DNA of 60,103 nt, counting the filler. It is 8 parts of 8 records of this genome, joined end to end, with 100 filler letters (N's around TTAATTAATTAA, not from the genome) between each part and the next. Parts side by side here need not be neighbours in the genome. Positions count along the whole stretch, not along the records: positions 8,695 to 14,045 come from SRR31147125_16215; positions 14,146 to 23,925 come from SRR31147125_16276; 6 more parts are not named here. The stretch is one strand, 5' to 3'. The notes beneath the pieces were generated by a model that saw only the letters and a list, made by a program, of their open reading frames with translations, was not told the origin of the DNA and searched no databases. Positions 8,762-18,381 of the stretch are shown here, one piece after another. The stretch's first letter is position 1; each line of letters opens with the position of its first letter. The translations under genes and the position numbers were made by a program.

Positions 8762-8990
8762 TTGCATTTACCCTTCATAATCCCTTTCAGTCATTACAGC
8801 CACCTCCCCCAAATTTCTGACTAGAGCACCAGGGAATAACTCTTTTCTGTCAGGCACATCAAACGTATTCTGTCTAATAATCCTATTCAATAAAGTCCAA
8901 TTTCCAGTATCACGTTCTTTCGGAATCAATACGCTCCTTTCAATGTTATTACAAATAGAACAGTATTAAATAGTAAGAGGTTGAAATTAA

Positions 8991-9467
8991 ATGAAGCAAC
9001 GTTTTAACGAAAAAGGGATGATGATTTTCCCAAATCCGGTTAAAACCAGTTCGCCTCGAGCCAAAAAAGTATTGGTCGTTAAAAATCTGTTCTGCCCGAA
9101 CAAACATAATCTGATTAACAATCGCGTTAAATTCAATGGCTATTCCGGTATTTTGATCCAAATCCGAAAAGAACAGAAGAAAGGCCTCCTTGCACTCAGT
9201 CCTATTTATGGAGAGAAAAATCACATTTCCATAGATATAGACCTCTCAAGTGGAGAAATTTTGCGTCTTTTCTGTCCGACCTGTGATACGGAACTGCCCA
9301 TTCATTCCCCTTGCAGCATCTGCGGCGCCAATCTTGTTTCCTTCTTTCTCACCAGGGATGTGGATTATGCCAATTGCATTGGCATTTGCAACCGGGTGGA
9401 TTGTGTCAACGCCAGTATTATTGAAAGCGGTAACCTGTTTTCGCTCTCAATGGTAGACTCTTTTTAA
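8991..9467 (+). CDS. Cys-rich hypothetical protein, putative metal-binding
   Basis: CPNKH, CPTC, CSIC and CIGICNRVDC motifs. Confidence 0.75.
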   Translation: MKQRFNEKGMMIFPNPVKTSSPRAKKVLVVKNLFCPNKHNLINNRVKFNGYSGILIQIRKEQKKGLLALSPIYGEKNHISIDIDLSSGEILRLFCPTCDTELPIHSPCSICGANLVSFFLTRDVDYANCIGICNRVDCVNASIIESGNLFSLSMVDSF

Positions 9468-9696
9468 AAAAGTCCTTTTCCCATCACCAAGAGCTCAAAC
9501 AACATTATTTTCACATCAAAAAATGGTCAAACAAATATCGTGAGAGGCCATTTTGCATATCTTTATAAAAACTTTATGCTTTGATCTGAATAACAATTTC
9601 TTTTAACAGGAAACTATCACTCAAAACACACGTAATTCTAAATTATATTGTACATGTCGAAACATGGAATATCACATTAACAAAAGGAGGCACTAA

Positions 9697-10122
9697 ATGA
9701 AAAAATATACAGTTTATATCGTACTATTTCTTTTCGCAGTTTTAATGTTTTCCGGCTGTGCCACAACAGGTATCTTTCCCTCTGCAAACCTGACAAACGT
9801 GGAACTCTCTGAAAACAATTTCAACATTATTGCCAAAAATGTTTCCGGTGAAGCGTCAGCTGAGTATTTGCTTGGATTCAGCGGTGGACTCGGTGCGGAA
9901 ATGAGAACCCTGGCCCTGATCCGTATTAATGGCGACGGCTTTCTTTTCAGAGCGGCTCTTGAAGAACTGTGGAACAATTTCGAATCACAGCATGGCAGCG
10001 TCGAAGGTCGTCATCTGGCTCTCGTTAATGTTCGCTATGATTTCGATGGTATGAATGTTCTTGGACTTTACACAAAACCAACAGTCTCCATCCGCGCCGA
10101 TGTGGTCGAGTTTGTTGAATAA
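9697..10122 (+). CDS. Lipoprotein (DUF6567-like)
   Basis: Lipobox FSGC; NLTNVELSENNFNII...ALVNVRYD...ADVVEF; RBS AGGAGG. Confidence 0.7.
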   Translation: MKKYTVYIVLFLFAVLMFSGCATTGIFPSANLTNVELSENNFNIIAKNVSGEASAEYLLGFSGGLGAEMRTLALIRINGDGFLFRAALEELWNNFESQHGSVEGRHLALVNVRYDFDGMNVLGLYTKPTVSIRADVVEFVE

Positions 10123-10561
10123 TCAGAGAATTTACTAACATTTAGCTGACCCACTTTACATTCAGTGACACTGTTACTGCTTTTGTCTGGTGGGTCATTA
10201 CCTATATATTTTTTTTAGTACGATTCCCCGGATCGGCTCGTAAAACGCATGGTTTTCCTCCAGATCACCTCTTTATTTAATCAAAAGTACAGGTTAAGTT
10301 ATATTCGTTGAAAAATTTCAACTGATTGCTGTTTCAATTTGACTTTTACATCGTTCTCTATTTTTCACCCGATCCCATAGTTCATTTTAATGCTGACGTC
10401 CTATTTAAATCCAGCAACTTGACGACAAGTATGCAAACACTAAAATATCATAAGGTTGTCCTGGAAGACGTTCCTCAATTTAATAGGAGTATTTAATACT
10501 GAAAAATTCACATCTCTCGCACTCAAAAAATTTAATCCAAATTTTAAATTCAGGAGTTAGT

Positions 10562-11809
10562 ATGAAATCCAACAAACTTTTAATTATTTTGTCAATTCCG
10601 CTATTTTATTTGATTGTTGCACAAAGCTGCAAGGAAAAACCATCTGTAACATTGCAGGAAGGTCTAAACTTTTACAATCAAAATAAATTAGAGGAGGCAC
10701 GTCCTCTCCTTGAACAAGCAGTGCAGCAGGAATCACACAATCCGGATGCTCACGCCTGGCTGGCTGAAAACTATCGTCGTCTCAAGGAAACAGACAAAGC
10801 TGTCAGCACAGCACGAAAAGCACTCGATTTAGATCCGTGTCACAGTTTCGCTCACACTGTGCTGGCGTGGGCTTACAATCCTCTTTATTCATCCTGGCAG
10901 AATTCCAATGCAGACACAACCTGGCACCACTTGCTTAAAGCAGCCGAATGCGATTCAAACGACGGAAATATCTATATTGGCTTATGGGTTGAGGCGATAC
11001 GTCGAAATGAAAAAGCCCTGGAAATCAAAGCACTACGCCAGTTAATAAAAACGGGTTTCCTGACACCATCATTGCTCGCCTATAATCGATGGGTCCTGCG
11101 CCATCTTCCTGAAAACGCTCTGCTTTTAACGAATGGCGACTGGGACACCTATCCTGCTGTTGCCTTGCAAGTAGTGGAAAATTTACGCCAGGATGTGGCC
11201 ATTATCAATCAATCCCTGCTCAACACAAGCTGGTATGCACGGTTTATACGAGACCGTTATCACATACCTCTTTATTTTGCGGATAAAGATCTGGATGAGC
11301 TCAGGATATTTCGGGATAAAAACGATAAACTGTTTACCGTCTCTAAACAAATTTTCCTTGGCTGGCTGAAGCACAGCAAGATGGAAACCTTCCCACGTCC
11401 GATTACTGTCGCAGCCACAATAAATCCGGGCTTTTTATCAGATTTTGAGGATCATTTGCAGCAGATCGGACCGTTTTTCCAATGGTTTCCCGAACCAGTC
11501 AAATCACCGCTGGATACAGCGAAAATGCGAATCTGCTTAATGGATATCAATCCTAACGATTATGCCGGTTCCTTTGTAAGCGCCAATGATCCTAGTCCGG
11601 TGCGAAAAACCGGAAGTAATTATATGGTCAGGAATATAACCTCAACAGCCTTGCGATACAGCAGCGCGCTTTTGGAATCAAATCAAGTTTCCGAAGCTTA
11701 CAAGATGTTAACCTGGGCACAGGAATTCGAAAAAAACACTAAATTGGGACCTGTTTTTACCGAACATATTGAAAAACTGATAACAGAGGCAAAACAAAAA
11801 ACAAACTAA
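10562..11809 (+). CDS. TPR lipoprotein with a DUF2723/TMEM260-like soluble C-terminal region
   Basis: Lipobox AQSC, TPR helices, then LPENALLLTNGDWDTYP...DVAIINQSLLNTSWY. Confidence 0.7.
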   Translation: MKSNKLLIILSIPLFYLIVAQSCKEKPSVTLQEGLNFYNQNKLEEARPLLEQAVQQESHNPDAHAWLAENYRRLKETDKAVSTARKALDLDPCHSFAHTVLAWAYNPLYSSWQNSNADTTWHHLLKAAECDSNDGNIYIGLWVEAIRRNEKALEIKALRQLIKTGFLTPSLLAYNRWVLRHLPENALLLTNGDWDTYPAVALQVVENLRQDVAIINQSLLNTSWYARFIRDRYHIPLYFADKDLDELRIFRDKNDKLFTVSKQIFLGWLKHSKMETFPRPITVAATINPGFLSDFEDHLQQIGPFFQWFPEPVKSPLDTAKMRICLMDINPNDYAGSFVSANDPSPVRKTGSNYMVRNITSTALRYSSALLESNQVSEAYKMLTWAQEFEKNTKLGPVFTEHIEKLITEAKQKTN

Positions 11810-11918
11810 TAAAAATATTTTACTATTAAACACTTTTCTTCAATGGGCTGACCACATTGCGTAGTGCAAACGGATTGTAATAAAAAGGCCTTTGCATTTT
11901 TATCAAGGGTTTAAAAAA

Positions 11919-13931
11919 ATGAAAATCAATGACCTGTTTTTATCTGAATTCATGAGCCATGTGGATATAAAACTTTTCACTCCATCCCTATACCGTTATT
12001 TTTTGGATTTTCTCGAAATCGAAAAGGTGCGTAAATACAATAATCAGTTTGTCATTAATACCCTTATCCCTCCCTTTCCGGGTGTCGCTTTTGACAAATT
12101 CATATCCACGTATTTTGGCCAGGATGAAAAAATGCCCATTCAGTCAGTAGACCTGGCATTAACAAATGCCTGTCCTTTTAACTGCGGGCATTGTTATAAT
12201 GCCGGACGCCAGGTGGCTGATCTTCAAACAGAAACCGTGCAAAATATTGTTGGCCAGTTACAGGATCTCGGTGCACTTGTCATAAATTTCACCGGAGGCG
12301 AACCATGTCTGCGCCACGATCTGGTTGACATATGTTCTGCTGTAATGGATAACAACTGCGGAATATTGGCCACCACCGGTTATGGTTTCACAGATGATGT
12401 AGCTGAAAGACTGAGAGAAACCCGTGTCTATTCCATATCCATAAGCCTGGATAGTGCTGATGCAAAGGAACATGATAAAAAACGCGGTATTCATGGAGCA
12501 TTTGAGATTGCGCTTAAAGGCATCGAAACAGCAAAAAAGTGGGGATTTTATACTTATACCTGCGCCGTGCCATCAAAGAAACTATTGGAAGAGGACAATT
12601 TCGCTCGTCTGGTTGAACTCAATAAAAGTCTCGGTGTATATGAGCTCCAACTTATTGAACCCGTACCAGCTGGAAAAGGGATTGCGAGAAAATTCGACTT
12701 TGGTGAATCAGAGTTTGAAAAGATCTTCCAATACATGCAAGCATATAATGAAAAAGAAAACGACATGGCTGTGTCCTCATTCGCTCACATGGAATCACCC
12801 GATTTTTTTGGCTGCGCCGCAGGATATTCCCACATTTATATTGACGGAGCCGGAGAGGTCTGTCCGTGTAACATGATACCGGTATCCTATGGCAATGCGG
12901 CACATGAGGATTTGGGAAATATTATTGAGCGAATGCAAAACGATTTTAAACACCCCTATAGAACGTGTATTGCACATTTGTTACGTGACTTTTTTATGAA
13001 ACATACAAAAAACACCAGGCCTGTTTTTGTAGATTCGATCCCATCCATTCCCTTACCGGAAGAGGACGATTTACCAAAGTTCTTTCATGTATTAGAGGAA
13101 AAAGAACAGAAAGTTGCCGGAAAAGTAGAAATTATCACTGGTTACAATAAAGCCAGCACAACATACGACGATTACTGGCTAACAGTCGCCTCCAAACCCA
13201 TTGATATTCTTTTTGATAGTCTGCACATAAAATCAGGTACGTGCGCCGTGGATTGTGGCTGCGGTACCGGATATGCAACAGACAAACTGGCTGATAAAAT
13301 TGGAAAACATGGCAGAATTTTAGCAATAGATCTGTCTCCTGGCATGATAGAAAAAGCGAAAAATCGAATCCTTTCTGAAGGAATGGTAAATGTCAAATTT
13401 AAGGTTGCCGATATTTTGGTGGAACTGGAAAAAATCCCAACCGAATCCATGGATGTTGCTGTGTTAACCTGGCTTATCGGTTATGTCGGCTGTGAGGACA
13501 TATTTCCACTGTTAAAAAACATATTAAAACCTAATGGATTGGTCGGATTTGTTGCCCATCTGGACCGTTCACCACTGGTCCCGATCGAAATCTTTGAAGA
13601 ATTAACACGGGAGGATCCACAGGCACTGATTAAAGCTGTCAAATTAAAATTCCCCCAGGACGCGGATGAAACCCAATATCACCTTACAAAAGCTGGATTT
13701 AAAACAAAGTGGATACATCAGGATACTTTTGACTTTATTTGTCATAAAGGCCGGGAAGTATATGATCATGTGATGAAATCCGGTGCTGGTACCACGTTTT
13801 ATTATTCTCTGCACCCATCAAAGCGGGAAACTTTTAAAAAGAAATTCATTCAACGCCTGGATGAGCGTTTTCATTGGCTACCTCAAATAAGAATTATACA
13901 CGATTATGTTGTGGGGATAGGTGTATCTTAA
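11919..13931 (+). CDS. Radical SAM (SPASM/Twitch) and class I SAM-methyltransferase fusion
   Basis: CPFNCGHC, FTGGEP, ISLDS, GCAAG...IDGAGEVCPC; C-terminal VDCGCGTG, AIDLSPGMI. Confidence 0.88.
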   Translation: MKINDLFLSEFMSHVDIKLFTPSLYRYFLDFLEIEKVRKYNNQFVINTLIPPFPGVAFDKFISTYFGQDEKMPIQSVDLALTNACPFNCGHCYNAGRQVADLQTETVQNIVGQLQDLGALVINFTGGEPCLRHDLVDICSAVMDNNCGILATTGYGFTDDVAERLRETRVYSISISLDSADAKEHDKKRGIHGAFEIALKGIETAKKWGFYTYTCAVPSKKLLEEDNFARLVELNKSLGVYELQLIEPVPAGKGIARKFDFGESEFEKIFQYMQAYNEKENDMAVSSFAHMESPDFFGCAAGYSHIYIDGAGEVCPCNMIPVSYGNAAHEDLGNIIERMQNDFKHPYRTCIAHLLRDFFMKHTKNTRPVFVDSIPSIPLPEEDDLPKFFHVLEEKEQKVAGKVEIITGYNKASTTYDDYWLTVASKPIDILFDSLHIKSGTCAVDCGCGTGYATDKLADKIGKHGRILAIDLSPGMIEKAKNRILSEGMVNVKFKVADILVELEKIPTESMDVAVLTWLIGYVGCEDIFPLLKNILKPNGLVGFVAHLDRSPLVPIEIFEELTREDPQALIKAVKLKFPQDADETQYHLTKAGFKTKWIHQDTFDFICHKGREVYDHVMKSGAGTTFYYSLHPSKRETFKKKFIQRLDERFHWLPQIRIIHDYVVGIGVS

Positions 13932-14399
13932 AAAACCGGAAGGACGAGACACACCAGGCCACGACAGAAATGTTTCTCTGATCGCTCGGAGATTTCATCC
14001 CCGGGCGAGCCGAACGATTGTGCCAGTGGAACTCATGGATAAAAANNNNNNNNNNNNNNNNNNNNNNNNNNNNNNNNNNNNNNNNNNNNTTAATTAATTA
14101 ANNNNNNNNNNNNNNNNNNNNNNNNNNNNNNNNNNNNNNNNNNNNGTGTATTTCATGCTGCTGCTCTCCGGCCTGGTCGCCGATACGGTGAAAATTGCTG
14201 CGGGATACGACGCAGAGGCCGCAGCGCGTAGTGGCACCCAGCCACCCCCGCGGCCTTCCACGGACTATGAGATGGGAGAGGTGTTGTTTTCCGAGAGTCG
14301 GCGGGGACAGAATGATTTTCGCCAAATACGCGAAGAAAATTCAGTCCCCATCAGGTTATAAGGGCCGGCCCCATAAGGTGGGCGGGAACGAGTCGTCTG

Positions 14400-15965
14400 C
14401 TATTTTGCGTATTCGACGGCCCGGGTTTCGCGGATTACGGTTACCCGGATCTGGCCCGGGTAGGTGAGTTTCTCTTCAATGGATTTGGCGATATCCTGGC
14501 TCAGTAGGACCGCGTCGCTGTCCTTTATCGAATCCGAATTTGCTATAATACGCAATTCCCGGCCTGCCTGGATGGCATACGTCTTGTCCACCCCGTCGAA
14601 CGCGTTGGCGATCGCCTCGAGATCTTCGAGACGCTTCACATAGCTCTGGAGCATCTCCTTTCTTGCCCCGGGTCGCGCACCGGACAGCGCATCGGCAGAC
14701 TGTACGAGAATATCGAGGACGCTGAGAATCGGGACATCCTCGTGATGAGCGCCGATAGCGTAGGCGATTTCCTCCTGCTCACCATATTTTTTAGCCAGAT
14801 CCCTGCCGATAATGGCGTGCGAGCCCTCGACCTCGTGATCCACCGCTTTACCGATATCATGCAACAGCCCGGCCCGTTTCGCCAGCGTCACATCAAGGCC
14901 AAGTTCAGCCGCCATCACACCACACAGGAATGCTACCTCGAGCGAGTGCTGGAGCACGTTCTGACCGTAGCTGGTACGATATTTCAAACGTCCCAGAATC
15001 TTGATAAGTTCGACGTGCACGCCGTGTGCACCAACATCGAAGGTAGCCTGCTCGCCGGCTTCCCGCATTTCGATATCCAGATCCTTCGTAACCTTTGACA
15101 CCACCTCCTCGATACGGCCGGGATGAATCCTGCCGTCATTGATGAGCTGGAGTAGTGCGAGTCTTGCGACTTCACGGCGCACCGGGTTGAAACCTGAAAG
15201 GATAACCGCCTCCGGCGTATCGTCGATAATGATATCGATACCGGTAGCAGCCTCAATTGCACGGATATTACGGCCCTCGCGGCCAATGATCCGCCCTTTC
15301 ATCTCGTCGGACGGAAGCGGTACCATTGATACGGTTTTATCCGCCACATAGTCCCCCGCATAGCGGGAAATGGCCAGCGCGATAATATTTTTCGCCTTTC
15401 GGTCGGCCTCGATTTTCATCTCATTTTCGATCATCGCCAACCGCTTGGAAGCCTCCATCCGCGCCTGGCTCTCCAGCGTCGCCAGCAGCATCTTCTTGGC
15501 CTCCTCCTGACTGACCCCGGCTATCCGCGACAATTCGTATCGCTGCTTGCCGATCAGGTTGTCAACCTCCTTGTGCTTGTCCTCTATCTCATGCTCACGT
15601 CTGGCCAGCGTTTTCTCTGTTGCCTCCTGGTCACTGCGCTTCCGATCGAAATTACTCCATTCCCGCTTCAGCTGGTCCTGGTTTTTCTTGAGCTGCTGCC
15701 GTTCATCCTTCAACTCGCGGCGGTCTGCTTTCAGCTCTTCTTCAGCGGTCTGCTTGACCTGATACGCATCTTCCTTGCTCTGCAGCTGGGCTTCTTTTTT
15801 CAGCTGTTCGGCTTCGACGATGGCGGTCTCTATCAGTTGCCGGGCCTGCTCCTTGATATTCTGTCTATGACCTTCAATAAAGCGTTTCCTGAGGAAAAAA
15901 CCGAGCATCACGCCCAGCAGCAAGCCGGCTGATACGAATATGGAGGGGTGGTTCAATAGGTCCAT
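14400..15965 (-). CDS. rny: Ribonuclease Y
   Basis: N-terminal TM, coiled coil, KH ([12 protein letters not shown]), HD (LLHDIGK), ends ETRAVEYAK; likely start MDLLNHP with GAGGA RBS. Confidence 0.97.
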   Translation of the reverse strand: MDLLNHPSIFVSAGLLLGVMLGFFLRKRFIEGHRQNIKEQARQLIETAIVEAEQLKKEAQLQSKEDAYQVKQTAEEELKADRRELKDERQQLKKNQDQLKREWSNFDRKRSDQEATEKTLARREHEIEDKHKEVDNLIGKQRYELSRIAGVSQEEAKKMLLATLESQARMEASKRLAMIENEMKIEADRKAKNIIALAISRYAGDYVADKTVSMVPLPSDEMKGRIIGREGRNIRAIEAATGIDIIIDDTPEAVILSGFNPVRREVARLALLQLINDGRIHPGRIEEVVSKVTKDLDIEMREAGEQATFDVGAHGVHVELIKILGRLKYRTSYGQNVLQHSLEVAFLCGVMAAELGLDVTLAKRAGLLHDIGKAVDHEVEGSHAIIGRDLAKKYGEQEEIAYAIGAHHEDVPILSVLDILVQSADALSGARPGARKEMLQSYVKRLEDLEAIANAFDGVDKTYAIQAGRELRIIANSDSIKDSDAVLLSQDIAKSIEEKLTYPGQIRVTVIRETRAVEYAK

Positions 15966-16397
15966 GCACACATCCTCTGCGTACCGGTCAATTACGATCG
16001 ATAAATCCGTCGAATGACGGGGGAAGGAAAACCCTCGGGGGGAGACAGGCCTGCGCACTGGCGGCGCAGCGACTACCGGATTACTTTCGTTATCAACAGG
16101 TTACGCGCTATTACCGGACAGTTCTCCAACAACAGCGCTGAAATTCATCGATACGTATCCGATATGTATGTAAAACCAGTCGATGGATCTGTACACGGCA
16201 AGGGCCACTCCCCTTGGGTGCCGTATCGGTCTCCAGCCGCACTGATGAACAACTCGACAGATTTTTAATACCCTGACCTCAAACCGAAGGTGCTTTTGTA
16301 ATTAACCGTTATTACGCCTGAATGACGATCGTAACACGCTGATCGTCCATATAGTAAAACGATGAGCGACCTCCCCGCCATTCATCGTAGTTAGAAA

Positions 16398-16570
16398 TAT
16401 TTCCCCACCCTGCCGTGTCTGCAGGACAAGTTAAACCTATCGAAATAGGTGGGATCCGCGTATCAATTTCTGACAAGTCGGAAGACCTGTCATCCACTGA
16501 AAGTGGTAGATCCCTTTTTTTGAGAGTTGGCTCAACAACACTACAAATCACCAACAGCGCAGGGAAAAGC
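16398..16570 (-). ncRNA. ssrS: 6S RNA
   Basis: Rod-like pairing: CCCTGC...GCAGGG termini, TTGAGCC/GGTTTAA and GGGATC/GATCCC flanking a central bubble; canonical position downstream of zapA; ends approximate. Confidence 0.85.
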
Positions 16571-16736
16571 CCTATTCGCCGACCCCGCTCCGAATCATCC
16601 CCGGAGCAACGGTTCGACTGGTTCAAATTTCAAAAATCAGTTCAAAAAACAACGATACTACCTTTACTGATATTGTAGCAGATTCGGCCCAAAACAAAAG
16701 GAAAAACTCGGCAGATTAATACTCCCGGAAGTCCTC

Positions 16737-17039
16737 TTATTCCTCGGGTAGCACGAAATCGAGCCTCTCGTTAATCTCCTCAATCCTGGCAGCCGTCGAT
16801 TCCCGATACCGATCATGCTCATTCTGCAGCCTGAAATAATTGGACGCCAGATTCAGGCACGCCATCACCGCAATTTTACTGACCGGTATCGTCCCGCCCG
16901 GTTTATCGCCGCCTATGGATTCGATCTGTTCCTTGACCAGGGACAGAATCTTTTCCATTTCTTCCTCCGACGCGGCCGTGTAGAAAGCAAAGTTCTGCCC
17001 GAGCAGGCTGAATTTCACTAATCGTTCAGGTTCGGACAT
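16737..17039 (-). CDS. zapA: Cell division protein ZapA
   Basis: VKFSLLGQNF...KIAVMACLNLA plus C-terminal coiled coil. Confidence 0.85.
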   Translation of the reverse strand: MSEPERLVKFSLLGQNFAFYTAASEEEMEKILSLVKEQIESIGGDKPGGTIPVSKIAVMACLNLASNYFRLQNEHDRYRESTAARIEEINERLDFVLPEE

Positions 17040-17095
17040 GATAGCTCTTCATCTTAATGGCCGGGACGTCCAGCCTGGTCTGGACCTTATACGTT

Positions 17096-17518
17096 TCAGG
17101 CAGAAAACAGATTCTTCTGTGCTTTCGCACCGTCCCCATTATCCCCCTTGCCCTCTTCGTCGTCGGATTCCACAGAATCTACAGTCTCCTCCGGTTCTTC
17201 ATCCACCACGTCGCCCGTGTCCTCCCCAGCGGTAACATCAACGGAATCCGTTTCCATCTCCGCCTCCCATTGCTCAATCTGACCGATCAGACTGTTCACT
17301 CTGTCGCGCACCGCGCCGCGTTCTGAATCGAGAGAATCCAGGTCGTTTTTCATTGCGTCGATTTCGGCCAGCGCTGCATCCCGTTCCTCCCGCGCCGTTC
17401 CAAGCTGCTTTTCGACTTCCTGCTTCTCCGCTTTCAGAGCGCCGTATCCGGCAAGCAGTCGCTCTATATATTGTTCCAGACGGACGAGTTCGTTATCGCT
17501 TTTATTATCACGTGCCAT
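17096..17518 (-). CDS. zapB: ZapB-like coiled-coil protein with acidic tail
   Basis: LVRLEQYIERLL...ERGAVRDRVNSLIGQI; directly upstream of zapA. Confidence 0.7.
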   Translation of the reverse strand: MARDNKSDNELVRLEQYIERLLAGYGALKAEKQEVEKQLGTAREERDAALAEIDAMKNDLDSLDSERGAVRDRVNSLIGQIEQWEAEMETDSVDVTAGEDTGDVVDEEPEETVDSVESDDEEGKGDNGDGAKAQKNLFSA

Positions 17519-17670
17519 GTTGTTACCTCTAGATGTCAAATGGAGTTTGTAAAGGTCTGACTATACCATGGTACTTGAACTCCGCAAGCTCTATTGATCC
17601 AATCTTTCCTTTACGTATAGACAAAAGGTAACATAACGATATAACAGCTTATATTTAGGCGACACCAACG

Positions 17671-18159
17671 CTATCTCACAAAAGTCCACGACAGTGGTCG
17701 GTTGTTCCGGTACGGCATGTAACCGTGAAAAATACGCGTGTCTTCATCGAACACAAGGGGCAGGAAATATCTGTCTCCTTCCCACATCGGCAGCTCCAGC
17801 AACCTGTCGATATCGTGCCACAGCAATCTTCCTTCCTCATTCGATTCGAACGGGATACCACTGAATTTGTCTATCCGATAGATAAAACCGAACCAGTCCT
17901 CCCCCTGCGGACCGAATCCCGTCCAGTTGATGGTCCCCCGCAATACGACATCTTCGCAGATAATACCTGCTTCCTCTTTGATCTCCCGGCATATGCAGTC
18001 ATGGATGCTCTCTTCAGACTCCATCTTTCCCCCGAGACCGTTATATTTACCGAAATGAGAATCGTTTTCCCGTCCGTTGCGATGGACCAGAAGCGTCTGT
18101 TTCCGATCTTCTGAAATCACATAGCCAAGCGTTGCCAGAATTGGAGTATACACAGTCAC
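17671..18159 (-). CDS. NUDIX hydrolase (8-oxo-dGTP diphosphatase-like)
   Basis: GGKMESEESIHDCICREIKEEAG Nudix box; LPMWEGDRYF. Confidence 0.9.
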   Translation of the reverse strand: MTVYTPILATLGYVISEDRKQTLLVHRNGRENDSHFGKYNGLGGKMESEESIHDCICREIKEEAGIICEDVVLRGTINWTGFGPQGEDWFGFIYRIDKFSGIPFESNEEGRLLWHDIDRLLELPMWEGDRYFLPLVFDEDTRIFHGYMPYRNNRPLSWTFVR

Positions 18160-18381
18160 CTTGTTATTGATTTTATTTGCATTACATTTTCGAGCACATC
18201 GGTTACATATCCAGGTACCGGTGTTCGCAGCCGACAGTTCGTGGAAATGGTACGCAGGGACCTCTTCTTTACTTTATGCGGAGGACTGGCCGTCACCGAC
18301 GCTGACGGCGCTGCAATAATCTATCATCTTTTCTCCAGGGTCAACTGCGGTTGACCGGACAACGGTCATTTACCACGCTTC

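Noticed and set aside
13932-14045. Possible RiPP precursor or riboswitch downstream of the radical SAM gene
   Set aside because: No ORF with an RBS; only a small GCTCGG/CCGGGC hairpin before the contig ends
14146-14399. ORFs and a GGGGAC/GTCCCC hairpin downstream of rny
   Set aside because: The ORFs look spurious; the hairpin is unassignable and the next gene is cut by the contig end
15966-16058. N-terminal extension of rny in the ORF track
   Set aside because: The ATG at 15965 has an RBS and directly precedes the TM anchor
16014-16678. Short ORFs between zapA and rny
   Set aside because: They overlap the 6S RNA and hairpins and show no protein-like features
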